A DNA stretch of 64,000 nt from Coraliomargaritaceae bacterium (GTDB lineage: Bacteria > Verrucomicrobiota > Verrucomicrobiia > Opitutales > Coraliomargaritaceae). The DNA is taken from NCBI GenBank assembly GCA_965656495.1, contig CBFHKU010000001.1, positions 114,781 to 178,780 on the forward strand, read 5' to 3'. Positions within the stretch are counted from its first letter, which is position 1. The number at the start of each line of letters is the position of its first letter. The position numbers and the translations under genes are program-made. This document shows positions 51,887 through 60,487 of the stretch, piece after piece. The notes beneath the pieces are model-generated. The model was not told where the DNA came from. It saw only the letters and a program-made list of their open reading frames with translations, and did no database searches.

Positions 51887-53254
51887 ATGCCTGCATCCAT
51901 TCTGATAGTCGATGATGAACGGAACACGCGCGAGGGGCTGAGTGCCGCGCTCGAAGGGGAGTATGATGTATTTTTGGCATCCAGCGCGGACGAGGCGTTC
52001 AACTTGATGGAGGCGCAGTCGTTTGAGGTGGTGCTGACGGATTTACGGATGGCGGGGAAGTCGGGCCTGAAGGTGATCGATCATTGTCTGGAGCAGCCCA
52101 GTGGCCCGATTGCAATCATGATGACAGCTTACGGCAATGTGGAGACGGCGGTGGAGGCGATGCGTCGGGGTGCCTTTGATTTTTTGACGAAGCCGCTGAA
52201 CCTGGAGAAGCTGGAAATTTTGATCAAGCGTGCGCTGCAATCACGCAAGCTGGAGGAGGAGAATGCGGTGCTGCATGAACGCTTGGACCAGAAATACAGT
52301 TTTGAAGGGATTGTGGGAAATTCACCGGGGCTGAGACAGGTCTTGGAGACGGTCAAACTGGTGGCACCTTCGCGCGCGACCGTTTTGCTGGAGGGCGAAA
52401 CCGGCACGGGCAAGGAATTGATTGCGCAGGCGATTCATCAAAACAGTAATCGGGCGCGGAAGCCGTTTGTCCCGGTTCACTGCGCGGCCTTGGCGGTAAA
52501 TCTACTGGAGAGTGAACTTTTCGGGCATGAAAAGGGTGCGTTTACGGGGGCGAGTGAGCGCCGGATGGGACGCTTTGAGGTCGCAGACGGGGGGACGCTC
52601 TTTCTGGATGAGATCGGCGAGATCGATGCCTCCACGCAGGTTAAACTGCTGCGTTTTTTGGAGACGCGACGTTTTGAGCGCTTGGGTAGTTCGAAAGCGA
52701 TCGATGTGGACGTACGTCTGGTTTGTGCAACCAATCGCAACTTGGCAGAGATGGTAAAGAGCGGCGAATTCCGTGAGGATTTATTGTATCGCCTGAATGT
52801 GGTAACGATTGAACTGCCGCCCTTGCGGGAACGGGTGGAAGACTTAATGACTTTGCTGCGGCACTACACGGAAGAGTTCAGCAAGGAGAATGGTGTGGAG
52901 GCGGTTGAAATAAGCGAGGGTGCGCTGAAGCTTTTGCAAGCCTATCCCTGGCCGGGTAACGTTCGTGAATTGCGTAATTTCTGCGAGAATATCGTCATTT
53001 TGAAGCGGGGGAGCAAGGTGAACGAATATGATCTCGAGGAAAAATATCACCGGACTGCGAGCGGAGACGCTGCCGAACGCAGCGCTCCCAAAGCCGCAAG
53101 CCCAAGCTTGAGCAAAGAGGAAAACGAGAAACGGCTGCTGCGAAGCGCCCTGATCAAGGCAAATGGAAATCGCACCAAGGCGGCTCAGTTGATGGGTATC
53201 AGCCGGCGCACCCTGCACCGTAAACTTTCTCAATGGCCAGAGTTGGATCCATGA
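51887..53254 (+). CDS. Sigma-54-dependent response regulator (NtrC/AtoC family)
   Basis: Receiver domain ILIVDDE...TDLRM, GETGTGKE, GAFTGA, WPGNVREL, Fis-type HTH. No kinase adjacent. Confidence 0.93.
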   Translation: MPASILIVDDERNTREGLSAALEGEYDVFLASSADEAFNLMEAQSFEVVLTDLRMAGKSGLKVIDHCLEQPSGPIAIMMTAYGNVETAVEAMRRGAFDFLTKPLNLEKLEILIKRALQSRKLEEENAVLHERLDQKYSFEGIVGNSPGLRQVLETVKLVAPSRATVLLEGETGTGKELIAQAIHQNSNRARKPFVPVHCAALAVNLLESELFGHEKGAFTGASERRMGRFEVADGGTLFLDEIGEIDASTQVKLLRFLETRRFERLGSSKAIDVDVRLVCATNRNLAEMVKSGEFREDLLYRLNVVTIELPPLRERVEDLMTLLRHYTEEFSKENGVEAVEISEGALKLLQAYPWPGNVRELRNFCENIVILKRGSKVNEYDLEEKYHRTASGDAAERSAPKAASPSLSKEENEKRLLRSALIKANGNRTKAAQLMGISRRTLHRKLSQWPELDP

Positions 53255-53329
53255 AGCTTGCTAGGTCACAAAGAGGTTTGACTCAACAAAATGCACTGGT
53301 AGTAACCTTATATAATCAAAATACAAAGC

Positions 53330-54208
53330 ATGAAAATCTTGCATATTTTTGGACTCTTGAGTAGTCTTACCCTCGTTTCTTTATGCGGTGGCGAAGAATT
53401 GCGCATCTCGGTCTCTGATTTGATGGCGGATTCTCTCGAAGCGCAACTCACTGAGTTGGCAGCTCAGAATTCCTTTGAAATCACCTTCACCAAGGAGGGC
53501 AGCTTGCCGGCGCTTGAACGCCTTGCCTCGGATGAATCGGATATCGCGATCATTGCGATTCCCGATGGCCACGCCATGCCGGATGTAACGCGGTATACGA
53601 CTTATCCCCTCGCTTATGATATTGCGGCTATTATCGTCAATGAAGACAACCCCATTGGAGAAGTGACACTTGCTCAGTTGGGAGGTATTTTTGGTAGCAA
53701 CGAAACCTTTGATTACAAAACATGGGGTGAGTTGGGTCTAAGTGGTTGGACTGGGCGCAGTATCAAGATAATTGCGGCTGAAAATGATAACAGTATTTCG
53801 AATGAGATTTTCAAATACACCGCACTGAATTCAAATAGCTTTAAAAGCTCGGTCAGTATAACTGATATCGCATCCGCAGAAAAAGTAATTGCGGCGGACG
53901 TATCCTGCGTCGGATTAATTTCAAGGAAAGGTGATTCAAACAGAACAAAGACCTTGATGATCTCGACGGGCGATGGCTTGCCCGCATATGGGCCGTCGGT
54001 CGACAACGTGCACTATGGCGATTACCCGCTTCGCTTGCCCTTCTATGTGGTTTTTGAAAGCGCCAACAAGAAGCGGATCAAACCCATCTTGAGCTATCTT
54101 TTGAGTGAGAATTGTTCCAAGGTTCTTGAGGCGAGTGATTTTTATGTCTTACCGGACACGGTCCGCGGTCAATATTCCTTTGAGTTGAATATGATTCGCG
54201 AGGAATAA
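53330..54208 (+). CDS. PstS-like periplasmic substrate-binding protein
   Basis: Signal peptide; 'LAYDIAAIIVNEDNP...LAQLGGIF...TWGELG...GDYPLRLPFY'. Confidence 0.7.
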   Translation: MKILHIFGLLSSLTLVSLCGGEELRISVSDLMADSLEAQLTELAAQNSFEITFTKEGSLPALERLASDESDIAIIAIPDGHAMPDVTRYTTYPLAYDIAAIIVNEDNPIGEVTLAQLGGIFGSNETFDYKTWGELGLSGWTGRSIKIIAAENDNSISNEIFKYTALNSNSFKSSVSITDIASAEKVIAADVSCVGLISRKGDSNRTKTLMISTGDGLPAYGPSVDNVHYGDYPLRLPFYVVFESANKKRIKPILSYLLSENCSKVLEASDFYVLPDTVRGQYSFELNMIREE

Positions 54209-54226
54209 AGAACTGCAAAAATCGCG

Positions 54227-54255
54227 TTGACAGCCAAGAACTGGCGAACCATTTT
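54227..54255 (+). promoter_or_regulatory. Putative sigma-70 promoter of tRNA-Gly
   Basis: TTGACA (54227-54232), 17 nt, CATTTT (54250-54255), ending 14 nt before the tRNA. Confidence 0.55.
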
Positions 54256-54267
54256 CTGTAACTTCAT

Positions 54268-54350
<83 letters not shown>

Positions 54351-54384
54351 AAGCCCCCGTGGATTTGATCCCGGGGGCTTTCTT
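54351..54384 (+). terminator. Terminator of tRNA-Gly
   Basis: AAGCCCCCG..GGAT-TTG-ATCC..CGGGGGCTT followed by TCTT. Confidence 0.75.
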
Positions 54385-54497
54385 GTGCGCAACCACGAAT
54401 AGGTGAGAACTCTCCCGAGCGTTTGACGGAGCCCTGAGCTTGTCGAAGGGCGGAGATGGCCCGACCGCAGGTCGCTGCGCAGCAGTGAGGCGGCACG

Positions 54498-54779
54498 CTA
54501 AGAGTGAGGGCGGCGAATGCCAGTGCTTACCTCGCCTTGTTCGACTTTTATTCTTTCAGATATCCAAACCTTCATTATGGACTGTCGGGTCACACCGATG
54601 CGCTTTGCTTCTGAATCAAGCGAATCAATCATCCAATTCGGAAGGTCCACGTTCACGCGGCGCTGCCCCAAGTTGGGACGATGTGCCTTCTTGGTGTCCA
54701 GAAACTCTGAAATGTCCTCGCCGTCATCAAAACGCCGATCGAGTTCTTTAGCTGTTATAGTAGATTCTTTTTTCGCCAT
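54498..54779 (-). CDS. brnA: BrnA/CopG-type antitoxin, copy 1
   Basis: AKELDRRFDDGEDI...RRVNVDLPNWMIDSLDSEAKRIGVTRQSIMKVWI. Confidence 0.85.
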   Translation of the reverse strand: MAKKESTITAKELDRRFDDGEDISEFLDTKKAHRPNLGQRRVNVDLPNWMIDSLDSEAKRIGVTRQSIMKVWISERIKVEQGEVSTGIRRPHS

Positions 54780-55002
54780 CTCGTGCCCTTCTACAGGGTA
54801 TGATTCTAATTTTTCCTTTTCTTCGCGTGAATATCGCAGTCCAAAGCTTGCTCGAATGTCCGGCGATCAAGGCCTCACGCGGTTCGGTTTCGCTTCTGGC
54901 TGGCAACTCAAGAGCGGTGATATCCTTCCAAAGTTCCTGTGCCTCAACGAAATCGATTCCATGCTTCAGCTTGTTATTCGCCGACTTTTGAGCATCGAAC
55001 AC
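54748..55002 (-). CDS. brnT: BrnT-family toxin, copy 1 (N-terminus truncated, GTG start)
   Basis: FDAQKSANNKLKHGIDFVEAQELW...IRIIPCRRAR. Confidence 0.8.
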   Translation of the reverse strand: MFDAQKSANNKLKHGIDFVEAQELWKDITALELPARSETEPREALIAGHSSKLWTAIFTRRKGKIRIIPCRRARDGEKRIYYNS

Positions 55003-55038
55003 AAAGGCTAGTAGCGGTGGGGCTTACCCCGTTGTTGA

Positions 55039-55299
55039 CTATGCCGTCTGATTGGCTCTGTCGTTTTTCTTGCGCTTCGGAAGGTCCAGATGCTCACCAA
55101 TCCAGAACTTGATCAGAGATTGCCTGGGGACGCCAAGTCGGTTCGCTTCCTTGTCGAGGCGATCAACCATCCAGACCGGAAAATCCACATTCACTCTCTT
55201 CTGTTCCTGACCAGGGCGAAACACCTTAGAGAGGTCTAGGAACTCATTGATATCGACGTCTCCGTCATCAAAAATTTTGTCTAAATCTTTAGCTTTCAT
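55039..55299 (-). CDS. brnA: BrnA/CopG-type antitoxin, copy 2
   Basis: MKAKDLDKIFDDG...KRVNVDFPVWMVDRLDKEANRLGVPRQSLIKFWI. Confidence 0.87.
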   Translation of the reverse strand: MKAKDLDKIFDDGDVDINEFLDLSKVFRPGQEQKRVNVDFPVWMVDRLDKEANRLGVPRQSLIKFWIGEHLDLPKRKKNDRANQTA

Positions 55300-55549
55300 A
55301 AAGGGTCCTTTCGTTGGTGCGTGCTCTTCGAACTGAAATTATTCTGATTTTATTTTCTCTTGGAGTGTAGAATACGACCCAAAGTTTTCGGTTTAGCTCG
55401 GCAATCACTGCATAACGATCTTCGTCATCAGAGCGTGCAGGAAATTCAACTCTATCCGGGTCATCCCAAAGTTGCTGCGCTTCCTCAAAGTCGATGCCGT
55501 GCTTCTCTTTATTTTTTTCACTTTTTTTTGGATCGAATTCAAACCCCAT
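55289..55549 (-). CDS. brnT: BrnT-family toxin, copy 2
   Basis: MGFEFDPKKSEKNKEKHGIDFEEAQQLW...IRIISVRRAR; upstream TTGACA and palindrome GGTATA-N5-TATACC (55553-55569). Confidence 0.9.
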   Translation of the reverse strand: MGFEFDPKKSEKNKEKHGIDFEEAQQLWDDPDRVEFPARSDDEDRYAVIAELNRKLWVVFYTPRENKIRIISVRRARTNERTLYES

Positions 55550-55646
55550 TAAGGTATAAAAAATATACCATAAAGGGCTTTGTCAATCTACTTTTGTGCA
55601 AACTCAAGAGTGTGCGTGCCAAAGTCGATGCCCGCCTTAGCTGGAT

Positions 55647-56228
55647 CTACTGCCCGAACTCCTGAATCGGTCGAGAGGAAATAATTGGATCAAGACTGAA
55701 CTTAGGAACTGATTTTTTTGCATTATTTACAGCAGTGTATGTGTAATTTCCGTCGCCCCAAATAATAACGTCAAGGATGTCGTCATCTACCACAGTAGTC
55801 AGGCCTTCAACGTAAGCTAGATCGTATATCTTTATATTCTCCACCTCCTGATACAATTCATATGTGTAGTATTGCTTCTGTTGCAGCTTAGAGTAGAGGC
55901 TAGGGACTCTTCTCTTTTTTGTCACAGTCCTCGTTTTATAGACACTGCATAAGGCACCGTCACCAGTTGCTTGAAATACTTGGAGCCTCAGTCGTTGGGA
56001 AGTACCTCTGTGCCTTTCCATAAGGCGTAAGTATTCTTGGTCGGCCTGTGAAAGTTTTTCCCTTCTTACTTCGACGACCTGTCCGTTTTTGAGTCGCAGT
56101 CCAACGCTGTGAGAGTTCATTTGATAGACTGTGGCTTCCACCACTAGTCCATTTCTGTCCAACCACTCACGCGCCGAAGTTGATGAAATAATGATTACAA
56201 ACAAAAGCAGATGGATTCCATTCTTCAT
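55647..56228 (-). CDS. Secreted hypothetical protein with SHD1-like domain
   Basis: Signal peptide, then 'REWLDRNG..VEA...LRLKNGQVVEV...LSQADQEYL'. Confidence 0.65.
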   Translation of the reverse strand: MKNGIHLLLFVIIISSTSAREWLDRNGLVVEATVYQMNSHSVGLRLKNGQVVEVRREKLSQADQEYLRLMERHRGTSQRLRLQVFQATGDGALCSVYKTRTVTKKRRVPSLYSKLQQKQYYTYELYQEVENIKIYDLAYVEGLTTVVDDDILDVIIWGDGNYTYTAVNNAKKSVPKFSLDPIISSRPIQEFGQ

Positions 56229-56368
56229 TTTCTTTCTAGCTAACAGTGTTACGGGTGTGACTCAGTTGTACATTTTCCAGTCTGAGGTGCGTGTTGAGCT
56301 ATGTCTTTTAAAAGTGATAAGGCCTGCTTGGGCTCATCGGTGGGACTTGAGAGAAATGTAGCTAAGGA

Positions 56369-56443
56369 GCCTCGCGCGGTTCGGTTTCGCTTCTGGCTGG
56401 CAACTCAAGAGCGGTGATATCCTTCCAAAGTTCCTGTGCCTCA
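56369..56443. repeat. 75-bp duplicate of an internal brnT fragment
   Basis: Matches 54872-54946 with one mismatch. Confidence 0.9.
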
Positions 56444-56445
56444 GT

Positions 56446-56745
56446 TTACCGCGCGAATCTTGAGATCTCGAAATCTCTTTCTGTTCTATCAACAAAGATG
56501 ATTATAACATCATCACCTTCGGTTCGATAGTATACATGAACCGCCTTGATGACCAACCTGCGGTAGGGTGTATGTTTCAGGTCTCTCGGTCGGGTTCCGA
56601 GGCCAGGCTTGTTTTCCAGTAGATCGACTTTCTCGAAGACCTTTCTTACCTGTCGCCGTGCCGTCTCATAGTTATCGAGCGCAATGTAATCTGCAATTTC
56701 GTCGAGGGAGTTTAATGCAGTTTCGGTCCAGATTACTTCAGCCAT
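56446..56745 (-). CDS. RelE/ParE-family toxin
   Basis: MAEVIWTETALNSLDEIADYIALDN...LLENKPGLG...YRRLVI...VYYR. Confidence 0.88.
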   Translation of the reverse strand: MAEVIWTETALNSLDEIADYIALDNYETARRQVRKVFEKVDLLENKPGLGTRPRDLKHTPYRRLVIKAVHVYYRTEGDDVIIIFVDRTERDFEISRFAR

Positions 56746-56990
56746 CTCGACATTTTCTTTTTTGCGTCTGTATTGCTCATAACGCGTCCTTCTGAGAATG
56801 CCTTCTCTCCTCTGGCGAGACCTTCAAGAAGCTGCATTCTCTTTTCTTTTGCCTCAAAGGTTTCTACGTCAATGAGATATGCCGCAGGTTTTCCATGTTC
56901 TGTGATCATTATTGGATCTCTGTCAGTCCTGAGATCATCAATGATTCGAGTGGCTTGCCGCTTCAGAGTGGTCACGAGTTCGGTTTTCAT
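56733..56990 (-). CDS. Phd/YefM-family antitoxin
   Basis: MKTELVTTLKRQAT...PIMITEHGKPAAYL; operator palindrome AGTGATAC-GATA-GTAGCACT (56992-57011). Confidence 0.9.
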   Translation of the reverse strand: MKTELVTTLKRQATRIIDDLRTDRDPIMITEHGKPAAYLIDVETFEAKEKRMQLLEGLARGEKAFSEGRVMSNTDAKKKMSRWLK

Positions 56991-57081
56991 GAGTGATACG
57001 ATAGTAGCACTTTATTTTGCAGAGCAATGCTATTTGTTGAACGCGGAGTGCGGTGATGTCGAGGCGTAGTTTCGGTGATAG

Positions 57082-57801
57082 CTATCTCGTCAGATTCTCA
57101 TTAGGTTTGTTTACCTCTATTTCGATTACTTCAGTTTTTGTTTCGTCGAACTTGATTCTATAGGACCAACCACTGCTTGAGCTAGAAGACCTGCCTAAGG
57201 TTGGTTTGTCGAAAATTAGAGGATACTTTCTATTCAGTTCTTCGAAGGTATCTCCGACTTCAATTCTTTCGATAACGGCATAAAGAGCTTCTTTCCCGAT
57301 AGCTCCTTCGCCAATTACAAGGGTGGTGTAGGGGAAATATGCTATTCCCAGTGGTAGGAGGACGAACCGGACAAAAGGGAAGAAAAGTATCGGAGATGCC
57401 CACGCGGCAACTACGGGAACAAAATTCTTTACTTGGAGTAGCCAGAAAAGACTTCCGGCAATGGCTCCAATCAAAACGGGCCACCATATCAGAAATATGA
57501 TCCCAAACTGAAAAAGGGCTGCAACAAGAAGAAACGAAATCGTAGTCGCCAGAGTCCAGCAAATAACAGAAACCCGAAATTTTGTTTCTTTTCCTTTTCC
57601 AATTTTTAGCGCAAGCGGCAAACCGACAACCAGCCAGCCAATAAAAGTGAATATGAGAGGCCAGAACAGAAAGAACTCGAAGTCTGTGATGTAGCCAAAT
57701 CCAGTCGTGCGGAATTGCATCCACGATAGGAGTCCGATGAACGGCAAGAGCCAGCCGATGAAGACGGCGAGAAAGCTATGTGCGGCTCGATTTATTCTCA
57801 T
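57082..57801 (-). CDS. Hypothetical multi-pass membrane protein (cassette-like)
   Basis: 239 aa with about 5 TM segments and a soluble C-terminal domain; no family recognised. Confidence 0.7.
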   Translation of the reverse strand: MRINRAAHSFLAVFIGWLLPFIGLLSWMQFRTTGFGYITDFEFFLFWPLIFTFIGWLVVGLPLALKIGKGKETKFRVSVICWTLATTISFLLVAALFQFGIIFLIWWPVLIGAIAGSLFWLLQVKNFVPVVAAWASPILFFPFVRFVLLPLGIAYFPYTTLVIGEGAIGKEALYAVIERIEVGDTFEELNRKYPLIFDKPTLGRSSSSSSGWSYRIKFDETKTEVIEIEVNKPNENLTR

Positions 57802-57889
57802 TTCGCGAAAGGTAGAGGATAGAAATGATTGAGAGCTGCGAAAGGAATTGTATAGTCCGACTTATTAGGCATATGTATGTGAGTTTTTT

Positions 57890-58227
57890 CTAGCGGTTTG
57901 GCTCTTTTTCGTCTTCTTTAGTCTTTTTTTTGGGGATTAACTCACGGATTACATTAAGTAAGATCAGGTAGCTAATCAATAATGCAGCCAAAAGAACTTC
58001 CCAAAATGGATAATAAATTTCTTTTTCTATCTCATTTATGCGGTCAATATATCCTTTGCTATAACCAATTTGGTACGAAAACCAAAATAGATGATAGCCA
58101 AAGAAGCTAACGTAACTAATAGTAGCGATGAATTTACCAATTTTTTATACTCCTCTGGACTGTTCCAGGCGAGGAATGATAGACCGCTTATGGCTGTTAG
58201 GATAAGGCCTATTATAAGTTCTTTCAT
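57890..58227 (-). pseudogene. Frameshifted membrane-protein gene
   Basis: The 63-aa ORF continues in another frame as ...FWFSYQIGYSKGYIDRINEIEKEIYYPFWEVLLAALLISYLILLNVIRELIPKKK...PNR* (stop at 57890); shift near 58080-58100. Confidence 0.6.
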
Positions 58228-58251
58228 TTTTATGTCTTACTTAGATGATGA

Positions 58252-58764
58252 TCATAGAGAGGAGTGCAGCGACTCCGAGTTGATCACTCTGTCTTGATCT
58301 GTCTTCCGGGAGAGTGGGAGGATAATCGGCAAGCTTATTATGGCTACCAGAAGGGTCAGGAACAGCTCTATCACCCAGAACTTGACGTATGTGTAGGATC
58401 CATAGAAGTCAGATGATTTCTCTCCAGTCGTCCATTTCGAAAACCCAAGGGTATATTCTCTTTTCTTTCCTTCTTTCTGATTTTCTTTGGCAGCTTGGAG
58501 GTCGAAATCTGTTTTGCTTTTGAAGTTAAGGCTCAGCCGAGGCAGTTCCATATCGACTTGCTTGATCTTGTGCTGATACCCAAAAAGTAAGGAACCAGGG
58601 TCATCGCTATGCTGAACATACCTCTGAGCTTCAGTCATTCCTTTTTCAACTTTAGGAATCAAAGTCAGTGAAAATGAATGATCTTCAGCATGGGTATGAA
58701 GATAGAAAACGAGGGCTAAGATCGTCAAAATCAGTGTAATCAAAACCGTGGAGACATACTTCAT
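58252..58764 (-). CDS. Hypothetical protein with N- and C-terminal TM helices (cassette-like)
   Basis: 170 aa; its C-terminus runs into an attC-like palindrome. Confidence 0.65.
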   Translation of the reverse strand: MKYVSTVLITLILTILALVFYLHTHAEDHSFSLTLIPKVEKGMTEAQRYVQHSDDPGSLLFGYQHKIKQVDMELPRLSLNFKSKTDFDLQAAKENQKEGKKREYTLGFSKWTTGEKSSDFYGSYTYVKFWVIELFLTLLVAIISLPIILPLSRKTDQDRVINSESLHSSL

Positions 58765-59122
58765 TTTTTTACAGATCGGACTTGCAGGAGTCGGAGTGTG
58801 AGGTTGACCGGCGCTGTGGGCTCTTTATGGCTGCTATGCTGCCGCCCTTGGTCGAGCGTTGTGTTCTGCCAGATTAAAGAAACTTCATGCGTAACTGGAT
58901 TCTGGTATAGGGATGGGATTAGTTTGCTTGGCTTTTGAAGCCCCGTCAATCGTTGAGGCTGGGCTTGCTGAGGTATTACAAGCTGTTGGTGGGTATTAGG
59001 AGAGGTAATGCGCTCGCTCCATTTTTAAGCCCCCGTGGATGCCCGGGCTTCCCGGTGGAAGCTTTCTGCGCTTCCGGCTTGGCAAGCTGACTTGTTCGGG
59101 CAAGCTATGCATTTGACTTGCT

Positions 59123-60487
59123 ATGCATCTTACCGCCCAAGACCTTAAATTGATCGAGAAGTATAATCGGCCCGGCCCGCGTTATACCAGCTATCCTCCC
59201 GCGAACCATTTTCGTGAGTTTGAGAATGCCAGCCCGCTTTTGAAATCGCTTGGCGAGGAAAAGGCTCCGCTCTCGCTTTATTTCCATCTGCCTTTTTGCG
59301 AGACCCTTTGTTGGTTCTGTGGTTGCAACATGATCACGAGTCTGGATAAGGGCCGCGCCGATGATTATCTGGATCTGTTGGAGAAAGAATTGGCCTTGTA
59401 TGAACCCTTGGTCGCGGGGGAGCGCGAGGCGGTGCAGCTTCATTTCGGGGGCGGTACGCCCAATTTCTTCGGAGCGGCACAGATCGACCGTCTCGCGGGA
59501 TTGATTGACCGGCATTTTAAATTCAGTGCGGATGCGGAGAAATCTGTGGAGTTGGATCCGCGCCGTTTGACGGCTCCGCAAGTGGAGGCCTTTGCGCGAA
59601 TGGGAATTACCCGGGCGTCGTTTGGTGTTCAGGATTGTGATCCGGATGTGCAGAAGGCGATTCACCGCATTCAGCCGCAGTCGGTGAATATTGAGGCGAT
59701 GGAATTACTTCGGGGCAATGGCTTCGACTCGATCAATCTGGATTTGATCTATGGTTTGCCGAAGCAGACGCCGGAAAGTTTTAATCGAACGATTGATGAC
59801 GTTTTATCGCTGAAGCCGGATCGTTTTGCGGTGTTCAACTATGCGCATGTTCCGTGGATGGCACCGGCGCAGAAGATTCTTGAGCGGATCGGGTTGCCGG
59901 ATGCGGAGGCGAAGCTGCAATTGTTGAAGTTGTGCATTGAGCGTCTCACCGAGGCGGGATATGTTTACATCGGGATGGATCATTTTGCGCTGCCGAGCGA
60001 CGAGTTGGTGGTGGCGCAGCAGGAAGGCAGCCTCCAGCGCAATTTTCAGGGCTACAGCACGAGAGCGGGAGTGGAGATCTGCGGCTTTGGGATTTCGAGT
60101 ATTTCTCAGGGCGCGAATGGTTTCCGTCAAAACGTAAAGGATTTGGAGAGTTACCGTGCGCGGGTCGAGAAAGGGATCATCCCGGTTGCGAAAGGCTATG
60201 AATTGACAGCGGAGGATAAATTGAGGGCGGATGTTATCATGCGATTGATGTGCGACATGGCGCTTGATTTTGACGCGATGAGCGAGAAGTGGTCGATTGA
60301 CTTCCGTAGTCATTTTACAGCAGCGCTTGAACAACTGGAGGCTTTTGTCGATGACGGCTTGCTCTCGTGGACTGCTACCGGTTGCGAGGTGACGGAGCAC
60401 GGGCGTCTCTTTATCCGCAATTTGGCGATGTGTTTTGATGCCTATCTGGAGTCACCCAGCGAGTCCCGTTATTCGCGGACGGTGTAG
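59123..60487 (+). CDS. hemN: Oxygen-independent coproporphyrinogen III oxidase
   Basis: PGPRYTSYP, radical-SAM motif CETLCWFCGC, HFGGGTP, IGMDHFA, RNFQGY. Confidence 0.96.
   Translation: MHLTAQDLKLIEKYNRPGPRYTSYPPANHFREFENASPLLKSLGEEKAPLSLYFHLPFCETLCWFCGCNMITSLDKGRADDYLDLLEKELALYEPLVAGEREAVQLHFGGGTPNFFGAAQIDRLAGLIDRHFKFSADAEKSVELDPRRLTAPQVEAFARMGITRASFGVQDCDPDVQKAIHRIQPQSVNIEAMELLRGNGFDSINLDLIYGLPKQTPESFNRTIDDVLSLKPDRFAVFNYAHVPWMAPAQKILERIGLPDAEAKLQLLKLCIERLTEAGYVYIGMDHFALPSDELVVAQQEGSLQRNFQGYSTRAGVEICGFGISSISQGANGFRQNVKDLESYRARVEKGIIPVAKGYELTAEDKLRADVIMRLMCDMALDFDAMSEKWSIDFRSHFTAALEQLEAFVDDGLLSWTATGCEVTEHGRLFIRNLAMCFDAYLESPSESRYSRTV

Noticed and set aside
58770..59010. Integrase/intI remnant or attI at the islet end
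   Set aside because: No tyrosine-recombinase motifs found in the short ORFs; only a degenerate attC-like arm is visible.
59123..60487. Radical-SAM RiPP maturase
   Set aside because: The sequence is canonical HemN beside cbb3 maturation genes, with no SPASM domain or precursor peptide.
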